Below are positions 37,066 through 48,300 of a stretch of DNA of 64,000 nt, in pieces; position 1 is the first letter of the stretch; every line of letters starts with the position of its first letter. The stretch spans positions 922 through 64,921 of IMG/VR virus record IMGVR_UViG_3300042695_000382, one strand, 5' to 3'. The notes beneath the pieces are model-generated. The model was not told where the DNA came from, ran no database searches, and saw nothing but the letters and a program-made list of their open reading frames with translations. The position numbers were made by a program, and so were the translations under genes. This stretch comes from a virus. Taxonomy: Duplodnaviria > Caudoviricetes.

Positions 37066-39486
37066 ATGATTTATACCAATAGTAACAGTTCTTTCCCAAG
37101 TCAGGTTGTACCGGATGAAGAAAAACAAAGTCTAGAATATGGCACATTAGTTGGGCAGGCTATTGAATACGAATGGTTCAATGGTAACTCTGGAACTGGT
37201 GGAGCCAATGGTAGATGGAATAACAACTGGCAAAGATACCATAATTTAAGATTATACGCTAGAGGAGAACAAAGTGTTCAAAAGTATAAAGATGAAATGG
37301 CTATTAATGGCGATTTATCTTATTTAAACATAGACTGGAAACCAGTACCTGTTATACCTAAATTTGTTGATATTGTTGTAAATGGAATATCAAGTAGAAA
37401 TTATAAAGTAAAAACTGTAGCTCAAGATCCAGCTTCGGTTTCCGCAAAAACAAAATACACCCAAGCACTTACAAATGATATGCAGGCTAAAGAGTTGCTT
37501 GCGCAATTGAAAAGCAAACTTGGGGCTGACTTATACCAATCTGCAAACCCAGACTTATTACCTGAAGACGACGAGCAGTTAGCATTACACATGCAACTTT
37601 CTTACAAACAAGCGGTAGAGATTGCAGAAGAAGAATTAATTAGTAATTTCTTAGCTAATAATAAATATGATTTAATTAATAAAAGATTAAATTACGATTT
37701 AACAGTTTTAGGAATTGCTTGTGCTAAAACAAGTTTTAATAAATCTAATAGTATTGAAATTGAATACGTAGATCCAGTAAATCTTGTTTACTCTTATACA
37801 GAAGATCCTAACTTTTCCGATATATATTATGTTGGGGAAGTAAAATCTATTGGATTGCAAGAATTAAAAAAAGAATTTCCTGATTTGGATGTTGAAGAAC
37901 TAAGAGAAATTGAAAAGTATCAAGGTAATACAAGTTACACAAGAAATTTCAATGGATCATATCAAGATGGAAACATTGTACAAGTACTATATTTTGAATA
38001 TAAAACATATTCTAATCAAGTATTTAAAATAAAACAAACAGAGCAAGGTTTAGAAAAAGCCTTACAAAAAACGGACTTCTTTAATCCTCCTCCAAGTGAT
38101 AACTTCGAGGTTGTATCTAGAAGTATCGAAGTATTATATTCAGGAGCAAAAATATTAGGGCATAACCAAATGCTTAGATGGGAATTATGTGAAAACATGA
38201 CTAGACCATTATCAGATACTACAAGAGTAGATATGAATTATGCTATTATAGCTCCTAGAATGTACCGCGGTAGAATTGAATCATTAGTAAGTAGAATTAC
38301 TACATTTGCTGATATGATTCAACTAACGCATTTAAAATTGCAACAGGTATTAGCCAAGATGGTGCCAGATGGAGTTTTTGTAGATGTTGATGGATTAGCC
38401 GAAGTTGATTTAGGTAATGGTACAAATTACAATGCTGCCGAAGCATTAAATATGTATTTCCAAACAGGTAGTATTGTTGGTAGATCAATGACCCAAGACG
38501 GAGGATTGAATCAAGGTAAAGTGCCTATTCAAGAATTACAAACATCAGCGGCTGGAGCAAAAATACAATCTTTAATTACAGCTTACCAATATTATCTACA
38601 AATGATCCGTGATGTAACGGGATTAAATGAAGCAAGAGATGGAAGTATGCCTAATAGAGATTCATTAGTTGGATTACAAAAAATGGCTGCTGCTTCATCA
38701 AATACCGCAACAAAACATATATTAGATGGAAGTTTATTTTTAACTTTAAGAATATGTGAAAATATATCAAAGAGAGCAGCGGATGCATTAAAGTTTCCTA
38801 TAACTGCAAATGCCTTAAGAAACAGTATATCTTTATATAATGCAGAAACACTTAAGGAACTAGAGCAATTAGATATTCATGACTTTGGTATCTACTTAGA
38901 AGTAGAACCGGATGAAGAAGAAAAAGCACAGTTAGAACAAAATATACAAGTTGCATTACAATCAGGTGGTATTGATTTAGAGGATGCTATTGATATTAGA
39001 GAAATCAATAATATCAAACTTGCTAATCAGGCGTTGAAGTACAAACGTAAACGTAAGATGATGCAACAACAAGCAATGCAACAAGCGAATATTCAGGCTC
39101 AAGCGCAAGCAAATTCTCAAGTAGCAGAATCTGCAGCAATGTCAGAAGTTCAAAAGCAACAAGCATTATCTCAAACACAAATACAAGTAGCACAAGCTAA
39201 GAATCAATTTGAGATAGAAAAGATGGAGTATGAAGCTAGATTGAAACAACAACTAATGGAATTGGAGTTTCAATATAATATGCAGCTTGCTCAATTACAA
39301 TCACAAGCCATAACTTCAAAAGTACAAATGGCAGAAGATAAAAAAGATCAAAGAGAAAAATTAAGAGGATCAATACAATCTGAATTAACTAATCAAAGAA
39401 AAAATAATTTACCCCCAATGGACTTTGAGTCAGCAGGGATGGATAATTTAGATGGGTTTGATTTATCCCAGTTTGGACCAAAATAA
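37066..39486 (+). CDS. Portal protein
   Basis: 806 aa after terL; PVIPKFVDIVVNG, IRDVTGLNEAR, Gln-rich coiled-coil tail. Confidence 0.85.
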   Translation: MIYTNSNSSFPSQVVPDEEKQSLEYGTLVGQAIEYEWFNGNSGTGGANGRWNNNWQRYHNLRLYARGEQSVQKYKDEMAINGDLSYLNIDWKPVPVIPKFVDIVVNGISSRNYKVKTVAQDPASVSAKTKYTQALTNDMQAKELLAQLKSKLGADLYQSANPDLLPEDDEQLALHMQLSYKQAVEIAEEELISNFLANNKYDLINKRLNYDLTVLGIACAKTSFNKSNSIEIEYVDPVNLVYSYTEDPNFSDIYYVGEVKSIGLQELKKEFPDLDVEELREIEKYQGNTSYTRNFNGSYQDGNIVQVLYFEYKTYSNQVFKIKQTEQGLEKALQKTDFFNPPPSDNFEVVSRSIEVLYSGAKILGHNQMLRWELCENMTRPLSDTTRVDMNYAIIAPRMYRGRIESLVSRITTFADMIQLTHLKLQQVLAKMVPDGVFVDVDGLAEVDLGNGTNYNAAEALNMYFQTGSIVGRSMTQDGGLNQGKVPIQELQTSAAGAKIQSLITAYQYYLQMIRDVTGLNEARDGSMPNRDSLVGLQKMAAASSNTATKHILDGSLFLTLRICENISKRAADALKFPITANALRNSISLYNAETLKELEQLDIHDFGIYLEVEPDEEEKAQLEQNIQVALQSGGIDLEDAIDIREINNIKLANQALKYKRKRKMMQQQAMQQANIQAQAQANSQVAESAAMSEVQKQQALSQTQIQVAQAKNQFEIEKMEYEARLKQQLMELEFQYNMQLAQLQSQAITSKVQMAEDKKDQREKLRGSIQSELTNQRKNNLPPMDFESAGMDNLDGFDLSQFGPK

Positions 39487-39518
39487 ATTTTTATTAACCA
39501 ATTTTATAATATTATATC

Positions 39519-40691
39519 ATGTCAGAACCTGTAAAACAAGAAGGGGAATTTAAATTAAAAGCTAAAAGAGCTACCCCTAAAAAGTTAACAAAATCAGATG
39601 AACCTACAAAAGTAGATTTATCAGCTGCAAAACCAGCAGAAGAAATAACAAAAGTAGTAATACCTAATCAACCAGAAGATGCCATTCAAGAACCAAGCAC
39701 AGAGAGCAGCGTGTTACGCACAGAACAGCCCGAAATGGGATTGCAAGAAGTGGGACAAGGAAACGAAGGGACCATTGAAAATGTTATTGAAGAAATCAGT
39801 GAACAAGAAATAGTTCAAGAAGTTGAAAATGTTACAGCAGAATTAAACCAGCATATTGAAGAACAAGCAACAACAGGTAGAAAATTACCAGAGAATGTAG
39901 AAAAGCTTGTTAGTTTCATGGAAGAAACTGGGGGAACTGTAGAAGATTACGTAAGACTTAATGCTGATTATTCAAACACAGATAGTGATACCTTATTAAA
40001 GGAATACTATAAACAAACAAGACCACATTTAAACATGGAAGAAATTGACTTCTTAATTGAAGATACTTTTGACTATGATGAGGATATAGATGACGAGCGA
40101 GATGTCAGAAAAAAAAGACTCGCATTTAAAGAGGAAGTTGCAAAAGCCAAAACTTATTTGGAGACAATCAAAAGTAAATACTATGACGAAATTAAATTAC
40201 GTCCTGGTGTTAACCAAGAACAACAAAAAGCTATGGACTTTTTCAACCGATACAATCAGGATCAACAAAAAGCAGAGACGCAACATTCTAAGTTTAAAGC
40301 TGAGACTAAAACATTGTTTACCCAAGAATTCAAAGGTTTTGATTTCAATTTAGGTGAGAAAAGTTTTAGATATGGAGTTTCAAACCCGGAAGCGGTAGCT
40401 GAAAAACAATCCAATATCACCAATCTTATTAAGAAGTTCTTAAATGAAGATGGATCGGTTAGAGATGTTAAAGGATACCATAAAGCGATGTACGCTGCAG
40501 AGAATGCTGATACTATTGCAAAACATTTTTATGAGCAAGGCAAAGCCGATGCAATTAAAGAGGTTGTTGCCAAATCTAATAATATAACCACAACTGCAAG
40601 ACAATCTCCTGCAGATAATGGATTTGTTAATGGATGGAAAGTAAAAGCGATTAATGGTGTTGATTCTACAAAATTAAAAATAAAAAGATAA
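39519..40691 (+). CDS. Putative capsid scaffolding protein
   Basis: Acidic N-terminus, helical, between portal and capsid genes. Confidence 0.7.
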   Translation: MSEPVKQEGEFKLKAKRATPKKLTKSDEPTKVDLSAAKPAEEITKVVIPNQPEDAIQEPSTESSVLRTEQPEMGLQEVGQGNEGTIENVIEEISEQEIVQEVENVTAELNQHIEEQATTGRKLPENVEKLVSFMEETGGTVEDYVRLNADYSNTDSDTLLKEYYKQTRPHLNMEEIDFLIEDTFDYDEDIDDERDVRKKRLAFKEEVAKAKTYLETIKSKYYDEIKLRPGVNQEQQKAMDFFNRYNQDQQKAETQHSKFKAETKTLFTQEFKGFDFNLGEKSFRYGVSNPEAVAEKQSNITNLIKKFLNEDGSVRDVKGYHKAMYAAENADTIAKHFYEQGKADAIKEVVAKSNNITTTARQSPADNGFVNGWKVKAINGVDSTKLKIKR

Positions 40692-40718
40692 TTAACAATT
40701 AAAAAAAACTAAAGGATT

Positions 40719-42179
40719 ATGTCAAATGTACTTCCTGTGTACGGTTCAATTAAACCGTCTCAAAAACAACAAGCCTTAGAAACCAACTATTTAAATTTTA
40801 CTGATGGTTCTGGCAACGATTTCGCACAACAATATTTACCAGAAATCTATGAAGCTGAAGTAGAGCGTTATGGAAATAGAACTCTTTCTGGTTTCTTAAG
40901 AATGGTAGGAGCTGAAATGCCTATGTCTTCTGACCAAGTAGTTTGGTCTGAACAAAACCGTTTACACATTGCTTACAAAGAAGTAACTTGTGATAGTGGT
41001 ACTCAATTAAGTTTTGTTACTGATTCTACAAATGGACCAAACTTCGTAAACAACGTAATTTCTATTGGACAAACTTTAGTAGTTATGAGTCCTTCTACAG
41101 GAAAAGAACTTAAAGTTTATGTTACTGCTTCTACTGCAGATGCTACAACAGGAACTGGTGGAGCTACTAACCCAGCATTACTTACTGTTAAGCCATATAC
41201 TCAAGCTACTTTAACAGGTGGACCAGTAGATTTTACAGGTGCTACAGATCTTAAAATCTTTGTTTATGGATCTGAATTTAGAAAAGGTACTACTGATGCT
41301 TCATTAAACTCTGTAACTCCATCATTTACACAATTTAGTAACTCTCCAATCATTATTAAAGAAAGATACCAAGTATCTGGATCTGATACTGCTCAAATTG
41401 GATGGGTTGAAGTTGCTACTGAAGATGGAACAGGTGGTTTCTTATGGTACTTAAAAGCTGAATCTGAAACAAGATTACGTTTTGAAGATTACTTAGAAAT
41501 GTCTGTAATTGAGGGTGAATTAGTTTCTGGATCATCTACTTTAGATACTGGAAATGGTCTTAAAGGAACTCAAGGTTTATTCGCTGCAATTAAAGAAAGA
41601 GGTAACGTAGTTAACAACTTTACTGCTGCTGCGGGATTATCTGATTTTGATTCAATCTTGAAAAACTTAGATACTCAAGGTGCTATTGAAGAAAACATGT
41701 TATTCTTAAACAGAGCTACATCTCTTGATTTTGATGATATGCTTGCTTCTTTATCTTCTGGAGCTGCTGGTGGTGTTGCTTACGGTTTATTTGAAAACTC
41801 TGAGCAAATGGCGCTTAACTTAGGTTTCTCTGGATTCAGAAGAGGATCTTACGATTTCTACAAAACTGACTGGAAATACTTAAATGATGCTTCTACTCGT
41901 GGTGGTATGGTTAATACTTCTATTGATGGTGTATTAGTTCCAGCTGGTACTTCTACAGTTTACGATCAACAATTAGGAACAAACATCCGTCGTCCATTCT
42001 TACACGTTCGTTATAGAGCTAACCAAGCTGATGACAGACGTATGAAATCTTGGATTACTGGATCTGTTGGAGGAGCTTACACATCTGATTTAGATGCAAT
42101 GCAAGTTCACTTCTTATCAGAAAGATGTTTAGTAACTCAAGGAGCTAATAACTTCGTATTGTTTACAGCTACTGTATAA
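40719..42179 (+). CDS. Major capsid protein
   Basis: 486 aa after the scaffold, biased codon usage, followed by a terminator. Confidence 0.85.
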   Translation: MSNVLPVYGSIKPSQKQQALETNYLNFTDGSGNDFAQQYLPEIYEAEVERYGNRTLSGFLRMVGAEMPMSSDQVVWSEQNRLHIAYKEVTCDSGTQLSFVTDSTNGPNFVNNVISIGQTLVVMSPSTGKELKVYVTASTADATTGTGGATNPALLTVKPYTQATLTGGPVDFTGATDLKIFVYGSEFRKGTTDASLNSVTPSFTQFSNSPIIIKERYQVSGSDTAQIGWVEVATEDGTGGFLWYLKAESETRLRFEDYLEMSVIEGELVSGSSTLDTGNGLKGTQGLFAAIKERGNVVNNFTAAAGLSDFDSILKNLDTQGAIEENMLFLNRATSLDFDDMLASLSSGAAGGVAYGLFENSEQMALNLGFSGFRRGSYDFYKTDWKYLNDASTRGGMVNTSIDGVLVPAGTSTVYDQQLGTNIRRPFLHVRYRANQADDRRMKSWITGSVGGAYTSDLDAMQVHFLSERCLVTQGANNFVLFTATV

Positions 42180-42187
42180 CAACTAAG

Positions 42188-42233
42188 TGGTAATTACCCT
42201 CGTTGAACTGACGGGGGTAGTTATTACTCTTTT
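42188..42233 (+). terminator. Intrinsic terminator after the capsid gene
   Basis: TAATTACCCTCGTT-GAACT-GACGGGGGTAGTTA hairpin followed by a T-rich tract. Confidence 0.75.
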
Positions 42234-42260
42234 AAAACAATTATTAAATTATATTATATT

Positions 42261-43115
42261 ATGGCAACAAGACCAAACACAAAAGCAAAAGAAATTTTAG
42301 TTGACGAAGAAATCGCAACACAAGAATATACCGAAGTGGTTGAAACTCCAAAACCGGTAAAAAAAGAACCACAAAAACCAACTTGGGAAATTAAAGACCG
42401 TACCTATATTATAGCGGACAGTCATGCTGGTTTAACGTATACTTTACAAAGCAGACACTCAGTTAGATACCCTTTATTGTGGTTTAATCAAGAAACTGGT
42501 GAGCAAGAAGAATTACGTTATGCAACAAATCAGAATTCTCCATTAGTTAGTGAACAAAAAGGACAATCTACATTAGGACATATTATGTTTGAAAATGGAG
42601 TTCTTAATGTTCCAAAAGAAAGACAAAACTTACAAAAATTATTATCTATTTATCATCCAGCTTTAAATAAAAAGTATACAGAATTTAATGCTGTTGCAAT
42701 TGCTGAAGATACATTAGATGATCTAGAATTAGAGGTTCAAGCAATGAACGCTGCATTTGATATGGATATTGATATGGCAGAAGCTATTGTAAGAGTTGAA
42801 GTAGGATCAAGAGTAAATAAAATGAGCTCTAAAGAAATTAAGAGAGACTTACTTTTACTTGCTAGAAAAAATCCAGCATTATTCTTAGACTTAGCAAATG
42901 ATGAGAATGTTCCATTAAGAAACTTAGCAATTAGAGCATCGGAGGTAGGGATTATAAAATTATCACAAGACCAAAGAACATTTACTTGGGGAGAGAACGG
43001 AAGAAAATTAATGACCGTTCCGTTTGATGAAAACCCATACTCAGCAATGGCTGCATTTTTCAAAACAGATGAAGGCGTAGAAATCTTTAAGGCAATAGAG
43101 AAAAAACTTAAATAA
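42261..43115 (+). CDS. Hypothetical protein downstream of the capsid gene
   Basis: 284-aa ORF. Confidence 0.75.
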   Translation: MATRPNTKAKEILVDEEIATQEYTEVVETPKPVKKEPQKPTWEIKDRTYIIADSHAGLTYTLQSRHSVRYPLLWFNQETGEQEELRYATNQNSPLVSEQKGQSTLGHIMFENGVLNVPKERQNLQKLLSIYHPALNKKYTEFNAVAIAEDTLDDLELEVQAMNAAFDMDIDMAEAIVRVEVGSRVNKMSSKEIKRDLLLLARKNPALFLDLANDENVPLRNLAIRASEVGIIKLSQDQRTFTWGENGRKLMTVPFDENPYSAMAAFFKTDEGVEIFKAIEKKLK

Positions 43116-43158
43116 TACGTAATACTAATATATAGGCGGTGGCTGAGGTTACCGCCTA
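43113..43158 (+). promoter_or_regulatory. Late promoter motif followed by a hairpin
   Basis: TACGTAATACTA then TAGGCGGT-N10-ACCGCCTA. Confidence 0.55.
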
Positions 43159-43180
43159 AATATTATAATAAAGATACAAG

Positions 43181-44098
43181 ATGGCAATAAATGTAGATAC
43201 AGTTTATAGAACTGTTTTATTAATAGTTAATAAAGAACAAAGAGGTTATTTAACCCCTGATGAATTTAATAAAACCGCAACACAAGTTCAACTTGAAATA
43301 TTCAATGAGTATTTTGAGGATCTTAATCAACAAATACGTTTGCCAGAAAACGATAGTGAATATGCTAATCGTAATAAAAACTTACAAGAAAAAATAGCAA
43401 TTTTCCACGAAGATGGTGATTGTCAATATATTAATGGATATTTTAATGTTCCATCTACATCAAATGTTTCTTCTAGTGAAGCAGTAACTTCAGTAGGAAG
43501 CTCTACAAGTTATACATTAACGGTTTTAACCGCGTCACAATTAGCATCAGGATTAGTAACGATTTCATTTGATGGAATTTTGCAAGACGATTCTACTTGG
43601 AATATTAATGGTAATGTATTAATATTAACAACACCTCCGACTGCAGGTACAAATATATTAATATCAGTTTACCCTTACGATTTTTATAAATTAGGTACTG
43701 TTATTTATAAAGGAGAAAAAGAAGTACAATATGTACAACCTAATGAATTATTAGAACTTAATCTATCTCCATTAACAAAACCATCATTATACTGGCCTGT
43801 ATATACATATAAAGATTTTAAAATTAAAGTATATCCAACAACTATTACAGGGAATAATATAATTTCATGTACCTACTTAAGAAAGCCTTTAAATCCATCT
43901 TGGAATTTTACAATTGGGTCAAGTTCTCAATATATTTATAATCCGAATACTTCGGTGAATTTTGAATTACATCCAATTGAACAAACAAATTTAATAACAA
44001 GAATACTACTTTATTCTGGGATAGTTATAAAAGATCCGCAGATAATCCAAATAGCAGCACAACAAGTACAGGCTGAAACTATTAATTCAAAAAGCTAA
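43181..44098 (+). CDS. Head-tail adaptor / tail ring protein
   Basis: NKEQRGYLTPDEFN...YLRKP.P.W...FELHP; gene position. Confidence 0.7.
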   Translation: MAINVDTVYRTVLLIVNKEQRGYLTPDEFNKTATQVQLEIFNEYFEDLNQQIRLPENDSEYANRNKNLQEKIAIFHEDGDCQYINGYFNVPSTSNVSSSEAVTSVGSSTSYTLTVLTASQLASGLVTISFDGILQDDSTWNINGNVLILTTPPTAGTNILISVYPYDFYKLGTVIYKGEKEVQYVQPNELLELNLSPLTKPSLYWPVYTYKDFKIKVYPTTITGNNIISCTYLRKPLNPSWNFTIGSSSQYIYNPNTSVNFELHPIEQTNLITRILLYSGIVIKDPQIIQIAAQQVQAETINSKS

Positions 44099-44104
44099 TA
44101 AAGT

Positions 44105-45349
44105 ATGCCAATACCAAATAATGGTTTAATAACCGAAACAAATAGACAATATTACGAAGGAGCACAGGGGTTTGTAGGTGATGGTGTTACAACTACATTC
44201 CTAACAACATTTAACACAAATTTAATATTTGGCGGACCAGATGCTTGGGATCCTACTGATACTAACTATGCCCTAAATAATTTTAAATTATATACGAGTT
44301 TAACTGCCCAACCCGGCACGTTTGAAGAGTATGTTTGGGGATATGATGTTGTAGACAACGCTATTATATTTACCAGCCCTCCTGCGGATGACTTATATAT
44401 TGTTGTTCAATTAAAAAAATTAGATGGTGGTCAATATGGTCTTGATCAATCTGAAAAAGCATATGGGCAAACTGTAGAAGACAATTATGGCAGTTATGGT
44501 TATATTACTTTAAATGATATTATAAATAACTTTATGGTAGCCTATGTAGGCGAAGGGAAATTAATACAACAGGTTAAACGTACTGATGTAATATTCCATG
44601 CTAAACGTAGCTTACAAGAATTTAGTTATGATACCTTAAGAAGTATTAAGTCACAGGAATTGACTGTACCAAATTCGTTAAGTGTTATATTACCTCAGGA
44701 TTATGTTAATTATGTAAAATTAGCATGGATTGATCATTATGGTGTAAAACACCCAATATATCCTACAAATAATTTAACGACTATACCTTACGAAAAACCA
44801 TTGCAAGATAATAATGGAGAACCATTACAAGATAACTTCGGAAGTAATATAGAGGGAACTTCTATAACCCAAAGAAGATGGGATCTAAATAATAGAGGTA
44901 TTGATGGCTTACTTGGAGACCAAGGATGGGGAACAATGGGTTATGGTTACGGATATGATTCATGGTTATACTACGGGTTTTTTGGAGAAAGATATGGATT
45001 AGATCCACAATACGCTAATAGTAATGGTTGGTTTACAATAGATGATAGAGAAGGAAAAATATCATTTAGCAGTAACTTAATAAATAAAATAATAGTATTT
45101 GAATATATATCTGATGGTTTAGCATACGACATGGACACAAGGGTGCCTAAATTAGCTGAAGAAGCAATGTATGCATACATTATTCACGCAATAATCTCTT
45201 TAAGAGTAAATCAACCAGAATATATTATTAATCGCTTAAAACAAGAGAAAAGCGCTAAATTAAGAAATGCTAAAATTAGATTATCTAATATTAAGCTAGA
45301 AGAAATTACTCAAGTATTGAGAGGTCAATCTAAATGGATTAAACACTAA
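44105..45349 (+). CDS. Second adaptor / tail ring protein
   Basis: FHAKRSLQEFSYD, LPQDYVNYVK, EYISDG. Confidence 0.7.
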   Translation: MPIPNNGLITETNRQYYEGAQGFVGDGVTTTFLTTFNTNLIFGGPDAWDPTDTNYALNNFKLYTSLTAQPGTFEEYVWGYDVVDNAIIFTSPPADDLYIVVQLKKLDGGQYGLDQSEKAYGQTVEDNYGSYGYITLNDIINNFMVAYVGEGKLIQQVKRTDVIFHAKRSLQEFSYDTLRSIKSQELTVPNSLSVILPQDYVNYVKLAWIDHYGVKHPIYPTNNLTTIPYEKPLQDNNGEPLQDNFGSNIEGTSITQRRWDLNNRGIDGLLGDQGWGTMGYGYGYDSWLYYGFFGERYGLDPQYANSNGWFTIDDREGKISFSSNLINKIIVFEYISDGLAYDMDTRVPKLAEEAMYAYIIHAIISLRVNQPEYIINRLKQEKSAKLRNAKIRLSNIKLEEITQVLRGQSKWIKH

Positions 45350-45354
45350 ATTAA

Positions 45355-48300
45355 ATGGCTGAAATTAAAAATAGTTTTCTATTGTCTAAAATGAATAAAG
45401 ATTTAGATGATAGACTTGTTCCTAATGGAGAATATAGAGACGCATTAAATATATCTATTGGTAAATCAGAAAATGATGATGTTGGCACTCTACAAAATGT
45501 TTTAGGTAATATAAAAATACCAGGAGCAGAAGAACTTGTAGGTAGTGAAGAATTTGGTTTTTCAGGACTTACTTGTATAGGTTTCTATATGGATAATGAA
45601 CATAATAGAATATATAGATTTTTAACAAATTATACTGATCCAAATCCTTCTGAAATAACATTATGTGAAACATTACCATATTCTCCAGACGGAGGGTGGA
45701 CAATGAAAATAACTGTATATGATTTTAATACAGCAACTTATAGCACATTGGTAGAAGGTACATTTTTAAATTTTTCAACAACCAATATTATTACCGGTTT
45801 AAATTTACTTGAAGGATTATTATATTGGACGGACAATAGAAATCAGCCAAGAAAAATAAACTATAATAATTGCATAAATAACTCAAGTTATTATACAACT
45901 GAAACGCAAATATCAGTAGCAAAATATGCCCCTGTAGAAAGTCCTCTTTTATATATAGAGGTAAAAGCATTTGCAACTGCAAATCAGCCATCGCCATTAG
46001 TTGTTGATGTTGATAGTACTGAAGGCTTGGTTGTTGGAATGACTTTAGTGTCTCCAGGACTTATAACAGGGGGAGAGAATATAACTATACTAAGTGTAGA
46101 TAGTGGTGCTAGCCAAATAACTTTATATTCAGCCCCAACAAATCCTATTGTTCTAGATCAGCCTTTAATATTTTTAATTTCAACTATGTCAAACCAGGAA
46201 AACAATCCTGCTTGGCCTGGAGATCCTGCATATTTAGAATCTAAGTATGTAAGATTTAGTTATAGATTTAAGTTTGATGACAATGAATACTCTATATTAG
46301 CTCCATTTTCTCAAATTGCATTTATACCTAACCAAAAAGGTTATTTTATAAATGGAGATGAGCAAGCGGCTTATAGAAGTACTATATTAAAATGGATGGA
46401 AAATAACACAAATAATGTTGAGTTATTAATTCCAATGCCAGATACTGGAAACAATATCAATAGTACTTACAAAATAAAGTCAATAGACATTTTATATAAA
46501 GAATCAAATTCTTTAGCAATCAAAGTATTAGATAGTGTTGATTACAATACTATAAAACAAGCATTCCCTGATACAAATATATATATTTATAGTTATCAGT
46601 CACAAAAACCATATAAGACCCTTGCGGAGGATCAAATTACAAGGGTATATGATAAAGTACCTACAAGAGCATTAGCGCAGGAAATATCAGGTAATAGAGT
46701 TATATATGGTAATTTCTATACAACATACACGCCACCAAATGCAATAAATTATAATGTTTCTGTTTTACCTAAAAGCGATATATTTCCAAGCTTTATAGAA
46801 TATCCTAATCATACATTAAAACAAAATAGAAATTATCAAGTTGGTTTTGTATTGGCAGATAAGTTTGGAAGACAATCTTCTGTTATACTATCAACTATAG
46901 ATTTATTAAAATTACCTGGCGGTTTTGGTGGATCAACAATATATTCTGCATATAGACCAAATAATGAAGTATTGCCTACTGTTAAAGAATGGTTTGGTAA
47001 TGCGTTAACTTTATTAGTTAATGATACAATAAAATCAACAAGGAATATTCCTTTAGGAACTCCTGGATTATACGCAGAACAAAGAGGAGCGGGGTTTGCG
47101 GTAAGTGCAGGGGTCGTTACTGACAATGTTTATGTATATACCTTAGATACCTCATTACCTACAAATCCAGATGATAGTCCACAATTAGGTGATTACCTTA
47201 GGGGTAAATATACCGATTACGTTGAAATTACGTCAATTTCTCCACCGGGCACTATAACAACAGATGGGGCAATTAGTGATATATATAACTATACTGTTCA
47301 AGAAGAGGGGGTATTAGATTTAAAATTTTCTTATACTTTAAATCAGATCGGTTGGTATTCTTATAAAGTATTGGTAAAACAAAAAGAACAAGATTATTAC
47401 AATGTTTATTTACCCGGTATACTTGATGGTTACCCAACTGGGCAAACAACAGGTACACAAGTTACATACACGGCTGGAGTTCCAAGTTTAGAGAATGGAA
47501 TTAATACAACTAATTTTCCTACAAATGAAGTTGGGAAAACTAGTCATATGGTATTAATCAATGATAATATAAATAAAGTACCTAGAGATTTAGCGGAAGT
47601 TGGTCCTGACCAAAAACAATACAGAAGTAGTGTTGAATTATTTGGAAGAGTGGAAAATAGACCTAAATTAATATCATTTGTTTCTTTACCTAATCTAGCT
47701 AATGCAAATGCTACTTCAATTCGTTATGATTTGACAACTCCAGAAGGAGAAGACATATTAGCCAATATAAAAGCAGGAGATGGCTTGCAAAGCGTAGAAG
47801 CTCAATTTTCAAATTTTAAATGGTATAAAAATACTACAGTGGTATCAAATACTTTTTTAGAATATAACACTATAACAAACACACCAGGTGCAGCAACGTT
47901 AATAGGTTCTACAACAATAGATATAATACCACCATTGTATGGTGACGTGCCTGCTGCTGGTGATCTAATTAGTCTTGTAGTTTCTGGTACACCTTATGAT
48001 TATGAAGTGGCCAGTTATACCACAGGGATTGTTACTTTAGTTACCCCAGTCGCTGGTGCTGATATACCAAACGCAACACAATTAGTATTTACAAACCCTA
48101 ACATTGGGATGATTGTATTTACACCATCAAACCCTATAAGTGCCGGATGGGATAATTTTACAGCTACAGCAGCGGAGAACAATCAATACTTTCCACTTAG
48201 AAAAGCAGACGTTGTAAATACAATTGCTTATGCTACAGATTTAGACTTTTTGCAAAATAGCGTAAATAATATAACTGGTAGTGCAGACCTAAATTTTTAT